A stretch of DNA of 64,000 nucleotides, from NCBI GenBank assembly GCA_964567265.1, contig CAZMLK010000001.1, positions 91,311-155,310 of the forward strand. Direction: 5' to 3'. The DNA is from an uncultured Candidatus Saccharibacteria bacterium (GTDB lineage: Bacteria; Patescibacteriota; Minisyncoccia; Phycocordibacterales; UBA12088). A model generated the notes under the pieces. It was not told the DNA's origin. It worked only from the letters and a program-made list of their open reading frames with translations, and did not search any database. Position 1 is the stretch's first letter. Every line of letters begins with the position of its first letter. The position numbers and the translations under genes are program-made. This document shows positions 48,553-57,200 of this stretch, in pieces.

Positions 48553-49083
48553 TTATGCCCTAGTGCGATATTCCGCGTGCATTTCTCGAATTGCGTCGTT
48601 ACAGGTTTTGAATGCCTGGTCGCCGTCTGCGTCCGGTGCGAGATAGGGGTCGAGGACGGCTCCGGCCAGGCGCCTGGCTTCCGTGTCCGTGTGGGGGTGC
48701 GGATTCACCATGTTAAGGAAGTCCGATGGGCGGCCCGTATGCAGGAATTGATACGTGACGATTTCATTTTCGCCCACCTTCTTGATGATCAGATAGAAGG
48801 CGAGCTGTCGTGAACTGGAATCCCTGTCGACCACGAAGTCGTAGACTGCGGCGTCGTTGAACTGGCGCCACACGACCACGACCGGCAGAGTGCCGCACCG
48901 GACAACGGCGGTCGGTGCCGACGCGTATGCTTCCGCCGAAACGCCGAATGGACCTTCTGTTGGTCGCGTGTCGATCCCGACGGCTCCCGAAACGGGGACG
49001 CCGCCACCGGTGGATGCGCAGCCGGGAAGGAGGGCGAGCAAGGAAAGCGCGAGAAATACCGGAATCGATTGATTGAGTCGCAT
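48553..49083 (-). CDS. lipoprotein (hypothetical)
   Basis: MRLNQSIPVFLALSLLALLPGCAS lipobox. Confidence 0.55.
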   Translation of the reverse strand: MRLNQSIPVFLALSLLALLPGCASTGGGVPVSGAVGIDTRPTEGPFGVSAEAYASAPTAVVRCGTLPVVVVWRQFNDAAVYDFVVDRDSSSRQLAFYLIIKKVGENEIVTYQFLHTGRPSDFLNMVNPHPHTDTEARRLAGAVLDPYLAPDADGDQAFKTCNDAIREMHAEYRTRA

Positions 49084-49227
49084 GCGCGAATCTCCGTGTG
49101 ATGAACAGGCAAGAATGCCTGACGCATAGTCACATGGATGGATGGCTCCGTCAATGTGCGCGAGATGGAATGAAAATACCGCCGCTTTGACCTGCAGGTC
49201 AAAGCGGCGGTAGGGATCCCCCTGTAC

Positions 49228-49821
49228 TCAGGGCGGGGGTTCGGGTGGGGCAGGCAGTTGTTCATATGGCTGGCCGGGCACATGCTCGCGGCCTGCTTCA
49301 GTAAGCGCGCGCATCCGTGCGTCGTAGGTGAGTTCAGGCTTCGGTGCCGTGACCTGCAGATTTTCCATTTGAGCAAGGCATGCCTTGATGACCGTGTCCG
49401 TCCTAAGGACGCCGGTCTCAGAAAGATACTTCACCATAAGGCGACGCAGATTCTGATCATCGGTTTCGTCATCCTGTTTGGCATCTTCCAACCTGGAGAA
49501 TACCACCCGCTCCTCTGCGTCCTCGCGCTGGACTTCGAAGTAGAAGATCTTTTCGCCGACGAGGTATTCAAGTACCCGTTGTTTGTTGGGAAGGGGGCTG
49601 AGGTATCGTTTGACCTTGAGCGGTGCCGAATCGCACACGATGTCCATCGGCCAGCCCGCATACCAAGCGACCGAACGCTGTGCGGCTTCGGCGGACAGCA
49701 CTGTGACGAGCATCAACAGAAGCGTGATTGCTGACCTCTGAATGAGATGCACGGTATCCTCCGGATCGATTTCCTGTTTCTTTCCTGGCCGTACAATGTC
49801 TCTGATTTCAACAGACGTCAA
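49228..49821 (-). CDS. signal-anchored hypothetical protein
   Basis: Internal TM LLLMLVTVLSAEAA. Terminator hairpin downstream at 49164-49207. Confidence 0.45.
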   Translation of the reverse strand: MTSVEIRDIVRPGKKQEIDPEDTVHLIQRSAITLLLMLVTVLSAEAAQRSVAWYAGWPMDIVCDSAPLKVKRYLSPLPNKQRVLEYLVGEKIFYFEVQREDAEERVVFSRLEDAKQDDETDDQNLRRLMVKYLSETGVLRTDTVIKACLAQMENLQVTAPKPELTYDARMRALTEAGREHVPGQPYEQLPAPPEPPP

Positions 49822-49877
49822 GCGGGGTAAATGAGAAGGCGCCGGCTTGGGGATGCAATCCCCAAGCCGGCGCCGCG

Positions 49878-50396
49878 CTAGAAGTCAGTCCGCTCTACGA
49901 TCGTTGTGCAGGTGTTGATGATGCTATCGAGAGCCGCGACATCAGCGAGTCCGAGCTTGACTCGTGTCGCTTCGAGTACCATGCGAGATTCTCCCCATAC
50001 ACCGCCGGGAGCTGTCTCGACCGCAATATACTGATCACTTTCCACATCACCCGCAGCATCCTCGACCTGCATGATCTGAGGCTGCTCGGATTTCCAGGTG
50101 TTGCCGAAAAGCGCGAAGACCTTGTTTGAAAGCGTATTGTCCTCGTAGGAAAAAGAGAAGACACCGACGGGCAATCCATCCACACGGAATTCCATCATCG
50201 TGTCAGCGTTCGAGGGGTGGAAGCGCTCCACCGTGCTGAAGCGGGGTGAGCAATGCATTTCGATCCAGACCCAATCTTTTGTATCAGGGAGATCGGGCGG
50301 TAGGGTTGCAGCGACCATCGGTTGCGGTGGGGTTGGAGGTGCGGTCGCGCATCCGGAAAGGAGGAGCAAGGCAAGCGCGCAGAATCGCGAGTCCAT
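49878..50396 (-). CDS. lipoprotein (hypothetical)
   Basis: MDSRFCALALLLLSGCATAPP lipobox. Terminator downstream at 49838-49878. Confidence 0.55.
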   Translation of the reverse strand: MDSRFCALALLLLSGCATAPPTPPQPMVAATLPPDLPDTKDWVWIEMHCSPRFSTVERFHPSNADTMMEFRVDGLPVGVFSFSYEDNTLSNKVFALFGNTWKSEQPQIMQVEDAAGDVESDQYIAVETAPGGVWGESRMVLEATRVKLGLADVAALDSIINTCTTIVERTDF

Positions 50397-50533
50397 CGAT
50401 ATCTTCCTTCTGATCGAGGTGGAGACAGTAAATGTCTAGGAGAGAGCGTAGCATGAAGATTCCAAGCTGTCAGTGGATCGAAAATGAAGTGCCCCCGCCA
50501 GAACTGAAAGTTCTGGCGGGGGCATGGATATTC

Positions 50534-51076
50534 CTACGAGCTCGTGCGCGCCGGTACCTCGAACGCGCCAGGAGCACAATCTCCGAGGCGTTCGAGCGGA
50601 TTCGGCGCCGTGAACCCATCACGGATTGCGTATAACATCCACCGTTTCCGATTGTCAGAATCGGGCGACTCCATCGTGTGCCACGAGTCGCCATAAAAAG
50701 CATGAAAGGTGCGCTCGGGTTCCAGTGTCACGAGTTGAGGGGCTGACGGCGGAAGCACGGCGACCTCGACGACGAGCAGCGTGCCGTCCCGCTTAGTGAG
50801 TTCGGTCACCTGGAGGGTCCAGGCGATGTTCGTCATTGCTTCGTATCGGCGCGCGAAGAGATAGCTCCCGCACCTGAGCTCGGCCGATCTGAGCGACCGG
50901 TAGTTGCTCGGAAGCGAGGGCGTCTGTCCGTCAGTGCCGACGCCCATAAATTGCGACTCGCTCATGAGGAGGAATGTGGGGCCTGCATGCGTGATCGGAG
51001 GGAAGGCCCAGTCGGCGCGGACGCTGAAGAGGGAGGTGCATGTCCAGAGTACGATGGCAGCAATGAGTGCGTGCAT
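50534..51076 (-). CDS. secreted hypothetical protein
   Basis: Signal peptide MHALIAAIVLWTCTSLFSVRA. Terminator hairpin at 50489-50521. Confidence 0.5.
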   Translation of the reverse strand: MHALIAAIVLWTCTSLFSVRADWAFPPITHAGPTFLLMSESQFMGVGTDGQTPSLPSNYRSLRSAELRCGSYLFARRYEAMTNIAWTLQVTELTKRDGTLLVVEVAVLPPSAPQLVTLEPERTFHAFYGDSWHTMESPDSDNRKRWMLYAIRDGFTAPNPLERLGDCAPGAFEVPARTSS

Positions 51077-51233
51077 TTCAAATCTCCCTTCTGGAGTTTG
51101 GATAGGAAGAAGAGCGCTCTGGAATCACTCTGATCTTGTTTCCAGCAAGCGTCAAGTAACGGGAAAGAGAAAGCGCCTCGGGATTGCTCCCGAGGCGCTG
51201 GTGCCGGTTTCTAGAGCCGGCGATTGGGCTCTG

Positions 51234-51626
51234 TCAGTTGTCGACGACGACGTCTGCCTCCGGAACGACGCTGCCGACGATAAGCTTTCCGTTGTCTTCC
51301 CAGTCGACGACGATCGTGACGCGTTCGTCCTTGCAGTACGCGTTACTGACGCGACCCCGGGCGTCTGCCGTAAGCGTTGCATTCTGGTTGAGCAGCTTGT
51401 CGGTCGGCTGGACCAGCTTCCCGCTGTAGATATCGGGGACCAGACAGATCTTTCCAATGACATCGGGCGGGAAGTTATAGAACTGGCCGAGACCGGAACC
51501 ATCCGCCGCATGTGCGGATGGGATGGCGAGAAGGCGGGAGCCGATCTCGAATGCTCCGAGTAAGGTGCTGCCGATCACCAGTGTAGCTCCGGCGACTACG
51601 AAGCGGGCCTTGAGGTGCTTGGTCAT
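51234..51626 (-). CDS. secreted hypothetical protein
   Basis: Start at MTKHLKARFVVAGATLVIGSTLLGAFEIGSRLLAIPSAHA (signal peptide). Terminator at 51168-51200. Confidence 0.5.
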   Translation of the reverse strand: MTKHLKARFVVAGATLVIGSTLLGAFEIGSRLLAIPSAHAADGSGLGQFYNFPPDVIGKICLVPDIYSGKLVQPTDKLLNQNATLTADARGRVSNAYCKDERVTIVVDWEDNGKLIVGSVVPEADVVVDN

Positions 51627-52431
51627 GGACTGTACTCCAAGTGGTTGAGTTCGGTACCTACCGCTTGTTGTCGTTCCCCGAAAGGAAGGACAGGAAGAGC
51701 GTGAAGCCGACCATGGTCTCGTAGTACTGGCCGACCACGTTGCGGAGAACCGCATAGCCGATGATGCGCATACGCGCTTGGATACGGAACCAGAACAAGA
51801 TGCGTTTCGCGTTCCGGAGGTCACGATTGATCTCGCGGAGCTTTGTCTGGTCAACGGGCGTCAGCATGGAAATCACCCTCTTTTTAGCTGTCGAAGAAGT
51901 CGAATTTGTCTGGGGAAAACATACCACGAATACGTAGTAATGTCAATATGTGGAAGGAAGGGAGTGAATCGATGCTCACCCCACTTTTTGACCAAAATCA
52001 ATTTCGTGCCCCGCGAATTTTTGAAAAAATTCGCGGGGCACTCTTCAAACACGCACGCAACACGAAAATAGCAAGTATGAATTCTTCATGCTCTCAAGGA
52101 CACGCTATCGGACACGGAAATTGGCGGCTCCATAGAGCCGTTTTGTCTCAGCCAAAACGGTTTGTTTGACAGTCTTTTAGTGTCGTTTTCCTCACGAAAG
52201 GTGTGTATTACTTCCTCACATTTTCCTCATACTCGATTGCTATTATGTTGCTCTCACCAAGGAATGGAGCAGGCGAATGTAGCCAGTGCCGGAAGCTCTA
52301 CCCCTTAATTCAGTCCCCGACTTGGGGGCGAGAGTTACCGAGCGGTGGCATATGGGAGGTCGGTTCCATAGGCTCCTTCCGAAAAGGTGAAGAACATTAC
52401 AAGCACTGATTAGCTATAAATTTACGTCTCA

Positions 52432-53970
52432 ATGAAAAGAATACTTCTCGGTATCGGGATGATCGTCTTCGTCAGCGCGATTGCTGCCGGAGCGACGGGC
52501 GCGTTTTTCTCTGATACGGAGACTTCGACCGGCAACACCTTCACTGCCGGAGCGATTGATCTCAAGGTGGACTCGACGCAGCATTACAACAACGCGGTCT
52601 GTACCAATGGCGTCTGGGTACTCGCGGCTGGCCAAACCATCGCCGTGGACCAGTATCCGGTCCTTGGAAGCGCATGTACTGGTTCATGGACCCTGACTGA
52701 TCTCGGGCCGACGAACCAGTTTTTTAATTTCGGCGACGTGAAGCCGGGCGATCGCGGCGAGAACACTGTTTCTCTCCACATCGATAACAACAATGCGTGG
52801 GCATGTCTTGATCTCCGCACCACAGGCAACAACGAGAATACGCTCGTCGAGCCGGAGTCGGATGCAGGTGATGTGACGCTTGATCCGTCAGGCGGTGAGC
52901 TCGCGCAGAACATCAAGGTGTTCTCATGGCTCGACAATGCATCTACGAGTGGTGCTATCCCAGGTGACAACATCTGGCAGGCAGGCGAGCCGATGTTGTT
53001 CTCGCCGGTCGCGCTTTCAGGTCTTGGCTCGACCACGACGCTTCCGCTTGCTGACTCAGTCACCAACGGCGGCGCGACGATGGCGCCGGGCGTGACGAGC
53101 TACATCGGCCTCTTCTGGTGCGCAGGCAACCTGACCGCGGTCGCCGGTGTCATCACTTGCGACGGCTCAGCGATGGGCAACCAGTCGCAGACGGACTCCG
53201 CAACGACCACGGTCTCATTCCGCGTCGTGCAGTCCCGGAACAATCCGACCTTCCAGTGCAGCAATCAGGTGGTCGTTGAGGAGCCAATCACGGTTACCGT
53301 GACGGCAAATGATCTCGATGCAGGACCTGCGGCTTCCGCCGCAACGAATGGTCTCGGCAAGTGGTTCATGTACAACGACACGACCGACGTGATCGATAAC
53401 AACCTCGGTACCTTCGTTGCAGGTCCGGCTGGAGTACCGAATGGCGCAAATAGCATCCAGTTCGTACTCGGTGCAAGCCCGCTTGATCGGAAGAATATCG
53501 CCACCTTCAAGTTCCAGGGAACAGTACTCTCGACCATCACTCAGATGGGCTTCGGGGTGTACTCGCACGGAGGAACAGGCGGAGCGGGTCCGAATGAGTC
53601 ACCATTCCTCGCATTCAATGTCGACTTCTTCAACACGGGCGTCTTCCAGAATCGCCTCGTCTATGTCCCGACCATCAATACCGGGGCAGTGCCGCAGGAC
53701 ACTTGGAATTCATATGACGTGATTGCAGGAGGCGCAGCGAAGTGGGTCTACTCAGGTGCAAACTGGCCAGCTCCAAACGCGCAGCCAGGCACTACGCCGA
53801 AGACATGGGCGCAGATCCTTGCTGATTATCCGAGCGCCAAGATTCTTGGACTCGGCGGATGGCTCGGAATCCGTGTCGGCGAGCCAGGACCGACCAACTA
53901 CATCGGCAATGTCGACTTCTTCAAGATCGCGACAGGCGGACCGGTGACGACGTACGACTTCGGCAACTAG
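52432..53970 (+). CDS. TasA/camelysin-like (peptidase M73 family) secreted protein with SipW-cognate signal peptide, paralog 1
   Basis: MKRILLGIGMIVFVSAIAAGATGAFFSDTETSTGNTFTAGAIDLKVD matches the SipW-cognate class leader (AFFSD-E-S-N-F-AG-LDL). Downstream FNFGDVKPGD matches the TasA NLSNLKPGD box. Confidence 0.8.
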   Translation: MKRILLGIGMIVFVSAIAAGATGAFFSDTETSTGNTFTAGAIDLKVDSTQHYNNAVCTNGVWVLAAGQTIAVDQYPVLGSACTGSWTLTDLGPTNQFFNFGDVKPGDRGENTVSLHIDNNNAWACLDLRTTGNNENTLVEPESDAGDVTLDPSGGELAQNIKVFSWLDNASTSGAIPGDNIWQAGEPMLFSPVALSGLGSTTTLPLADSVTNGGATMAPGVTSYIGLFWCAGNLTAVAGVITCDGSAMGNQSQTDSATTTVSFRVVQSRNNPTFQCSNQVVVEEPITVTVTANDLDAGPAASAATNGLGKWFMYNDTTDVIDNNLGTFVAGPAGVPNGANSIQFVLGASPLDRKNIATFKFQGTVLSTITQMGFGVYSHGGTGGAGPNESPFLAFNVDFFNTGVFQNRLVYVPTINTGAVPQDTWNSYDVIAGGAAKWVYSGANWPAPNAQPGTTPKTWAQILADYPSAKILGLGGWLGIRVGEPGPTNYIGNVDFFKIATGGPVTTYDFGN

Positions 53971-54096
53971 CAGGTTTTCTCTCTAGCCGTCGAGGAGCGG
54001 AACATCCGCTCCTCAGGGCTGGAGGGAATCCAGTCAAACGAAATTATCAGGATTATTACTAACCCGTGCGCGTAGGCGCACCTAACACAAGAACAG

Positions 54097-54999
54097 ATGA
54101 AAAGAATTCTTCTCGGAATGGGCATGATTATCTTCGTCTCGGCAATCGCCGCCGGAGCAACGGGAGCCTTCTTCTCCGACACGGAGACCTCGACAGGCAA
54201 CACCTTCACGGCGGGCGCGATCGACCTCACGGTCGACTCGACGCAGCACTACAACAATGCGATCTGTAAGGAGGTGACTGCAGGAATCTTCCAGTGGCAG
54301 CTTGCTCCAAACGCAGTGTTGGCAGTCGATCAGTATCCCGTTATCGGTACCCCATGTACGGGTACTTGGGCAGCGACCAATCTGGGTGCGCAGTTCCAGT
54401 TCTTCAACTTCGGTGACGTGAAGCCGGGAGATCAGGGCGAGAACACCGTTTCTCTCCACATTGAGAACAATCCGGCATGGGCATGTGCCTTCATCAAGAC
54501 GACGGGCAACAATGAGAACGATCTCATCGAGCCGGAAGCAGATGCGGGTGATGTGACCTTTGGTGCTGGAAATGGTGAGCTCGCGCAGAACATCTCGGTG
54601 TTCGGCTGGCTCGACAATGCATCCACCAGCGGTGCAGTCGTTGGTGACAACATCTGGCAGGCAGGCGAGCTCGCGCTCTTTGCAACGACGACACTCAGTG
54701 GTCTCGGCGGTGCAACAACGACGCTTCCGCTCGCAGATTCACTGAACGGCAATACGCCGCTTGCAGGCGGCTCGACCAGCTACATCGGCCTCTACTGGTG
54801 CGCAGGTACGCTGAACGCGGGCACTCCGGGTTCAGTGACGTGTAACGGCGCATCGATGGGCAATCAGGCGCAGACTGACTCTGCGACGACAACGGTCAGC
54901 TTCTATGTGGAGCAGGCCCGCAACAATCCAAACTTCACCTGTGCAGCGCACAGCGGAAATCCGGTACAGGTCAGTTTGATTGATGAATCAAATTTCTAG
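54097..54999 (+). CDS. TasA/camelysin-like secreted protein, paralog 2
   Basis: The N-terminal 60 aa are near-identical to paralog 1 (MKRILLGMGMIIFVSAIAAGATGAFFSDTETSTGNTFTAGAIDLTVD). FNFGDVKPGD box. Confidence 0.8.
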   Translation: MKRILLGMGMIIFVSAIAAGATGAFFSDTETSTGNTFTAGAIDLTVDSTQHYNNAICKEVTAGIFQWQLAPNAVLAVDQYPVIGTPCTGTWAATNLGAQFQFFNFGDVKPGDQGENTVSLHIENNPAWACAFIKTTGNNENDLIEPEADAGDVTFGAGNGELAQNISVFGWLDNASTSGAVVGDNIWQAGELALFATTTLSGLGGATTTLPLADSLNGNTPLAGGSTSYIGLYWCAGTLNAGTPGSVTCNGASMGNQAQTDSATTTVSFYVEQARNNPNFTCAAHSGNPVQVSLIDESNF

Positions 55000-55137
55000 C
55001 TTCTAGTTTCTCTCTAGCCGTTCAGGGGCGACCATTTCCCCGTCGCTCCTGCGGGCTGGAGAGACCCCGACTCTCATTCAGCTCCAGGCTTTATTATCGC
55101 GACGGGGAAATCGCGGACAGTTAAGACAAGAACAGCG

Positions 55138-56568
55138 ATGAAAAAGATCTTACTCAGCATTGCGATGGTGGCGCTCCTCTCGGGCGGCGTCATCGGCGCG
55201 ACCGGTGCATTCTTCAGTGACACCGAGACCTCAAGCGGCAATACCTTTGCCGCCGGCGCGATCGACCTCAAGGTCGACAACGAGTCGTATTACAACGGCA
55301 ACAAGTGCGTGGACGCGGACGGTGACGGACCGGGCCTCGAGCACATCTGGCAGGGTGCCGCGCTCTACCCGTCACCGGGCAGCGAATGCGATACGTCGTT
55401 CCCAGCGAGCGATCTCGACAACGGTCTCTTCTTCTTCCACTTCGAGGACCTGAAGCCGGATGATGAAGGCGAGGACACTATCTCGCTCCATGTCGACAAC
55501 AATGATGCCTACGCCTGCATGGATCTCACGCTCACCTCGAATGATGACAAATCATCGAATGAGCCTGAGCTCGAAGTCGATGCGCCTGAGGATATCAACA
55601 ACACCTGGGATGGCGAGCTTGCGGGCGCGCTCCAGTTCTTCTGGTGGGCGGACGACGGCGACAATGTCTATGAAGACAATGAGCAGACGATTTCCGGCGG
55701 CGTGAAGACGCTTATGGATCTCGCATCGACGACGGGACCGTTCTCAGTCGCGCTTGCAGACTCGGTATCGAATGTCTGGGGCACTCCGGGTCCGATTCCT
55801 GGCAATCAGACGAGGTACATCGGCAAGGCGTGGTGCTTCGGAACGCTGACCTTGAACCCGCTTCCACAGGGGCAGGGACTGAGTCCGTCAGTCGCAACCG
55901 GCGTCACTTGTAACGGCACTTCGCTCGGCAATCTCTACCAGACGGACGGCGTGACGCTTGATGTCGCGTTCCGCACCGTGCAGGCCCGCCACAATCCGAC
56001 CTTCCAGTGCGGTAATACGCAGACTCGGACCGCGAAATTGACGGTCGTGAAGCAGATCATCAATGACAACGGCGGCAACAATGTTGTCCCAGACTTCCAG
56101 CTCAAGGTGGTTGGCACGGTGGTGACTCCGGTCACGAGCGGTGCGACGACCACTCTTGCGGTCGGAAACTACACGGTCACTGAGACGGGCGTCTCCGGGT
56201 ACGTTGCCTCATTCAGCGGCGATTGTAATGCATCCGGACAGATCACGCTTGTAGCAGGCGATGAGAAGATTTGTTACATCACCAACAATGACCTTCCAGC
56301 GAATATCACGCTGATAAAGAACGTCGTTGGCGGAGTTGCGGACCCCGTCCAGTTCTCGATGCGCGTTGATGCAGGTCTCGTGCAGAACAACACGTCGGTC
56401 GCGGTCACCTCGAATGCAGTGCACACAATCACTGAAGATGCGTTCCCTGGGTATCACTTCACCTCGATCACTGGCGCGGGCTGCCCAGCAACGCTTCCAG
56501 GTAATGTCAGTTTGACCGAAGGACAGGCAATCGTTTGTACGATTACGAACACGGCAAACGGAAACTAG
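55138..56568 (+). CDS. TasA/camelysin-like secreted protein, paralog 3, with two C-terminal Ig/prealbumin-like beta-sandwich repeats
   Basis: MKKILLSIAMVALLSGGVIGATGAFFSDTETSSGNTFAAGAIDLKVD. FEDLKPDD box. C-terminal tandem ~85-aa repeats, each ending C-x-ITN. Confidence 0.8.
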   Translation: MKKILLSIAMVALLSGGVIGATGAFFSDTETSSGNTFAAGAIDLKVDNESYYNGNKCVDADGDGPGLEHIWQGAALYPSPGSECDTSFPASDLDNGLFFFHFEDLKPDDEGEDTISLHVDNNDAYACMDLTLTSNDDKSSNEPELEVDAPEDINNTWDGELAGALQFFWWADDGDNVYEDNEQTISGGVKTLMDLASTTGPFSVALADSVSNVWGTPGPIPGNQTRYIGKAWCFGTLTLNPLPQGQGLSPSVATGVTCNGTSLGNLYQTDGVTLDVAFRTVQARHNPTFQCGNTQTRTAKLTVVKQIINDNGGNNVVPDFQLKVVGTVVTPVTSGATTTLAVGNYTVTETGVSGYVASFSGDCNASGQITLVAGDEKICYITNNDLPANITLIKNVVGGVADPVQFSMRVDAGLVQNNTSVAVTSNAVHTITEDAFPGYHFTSITGAGCPATLPGNVSLTEGQAIVCTITNTANGN

Positions 56569-56651
56569 TTGAAATGGAATCCCGAGCGGCGAAGCCGCGC
56601 GGGGCCATTCCCAAAAATCGCATCATCCTCTAGCTCTCTCACACGTTCCCC

Positions 56652-57200
56652 GTGAAGACACTCACAAACATCTTCTACACAATCTTCGTAGCGCTCCTCA
56701 TTGGGATCGCGCTCATGCTCCTTGCCACGATGGTACCGATTCCCGGCAACATCGAGGTCAAGATCGTGAAGTCGGGCTCGATGGAGCCGACCATCCACAC
56801 GGGCTCCCTCGTCGTGGTGAAGCCGGAGGCTGACTACAAGGTCGGCGACATCATCACATTCGGGGCGGATACGAAGACGCAGATCCCGACGACGCACCGC
56901 ATCATCGCGGACCAGGTCGCGGACGGGAAGATCTACTACACCACCAAGGGTGATGCGAACGAGGAGCAGGATTCGAACAAGACCCCGAAGGAGCTCGTGA
57001 TCGGGAAGGTGATCTTCACCCTCCCGTACGCGGGATTCATCACGGACTTCGCTCGGACCAAGCTCGGCTTCGTGCTCTTGATTGCGCTCCCGGCAGGCAT
57101 CGTCATCATCGACGAGCTCATGACCATCTGGGGCGAGGCAGCCGCGCTCCGCAGGAAGAAGAAAGCCGTCGTGGCGGAAGACACACGCAATGATTCCTAG
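56652..57200 (+). CDS. sipW: type I signal peptidase, SipW/archaeal-eukaryal (SPC18-like) type
   Basis: N-terminal TM. IVKSGSMEPTIHTGSLVVV (SGSMEP Ser box with downstream His). GDIITF. C-terminal TM LGFVLLIALPAGIVII. 182 aa. Confidence 0.8.
   Translation: MKTLTNIFYTIFVALLIGIALMLLATMVPIPGNIEVKIVKSGSMEPTIHTGSLVVVKPEADYKVGDIITFGADTKTQIPTTHRIIADQVADGKIYYTTKGDANEEQDSNKTPKELVIGKVIFTLPYAGFITDFARTKLGFVLLIALPAGIVIIDELMTIWGEAAALRRKKKAVVAEDTRNDS

Noticed and set aside
53988-54023. Hairpin after the first TasA-like gene as an intrinsic terminator
   Set aside because: The stem (gaggagcgg/ccgctcctc) is present but there is no downstream U-run. It may be an attenuator or processing site rather than a terminator, so it is not listed as a feature.
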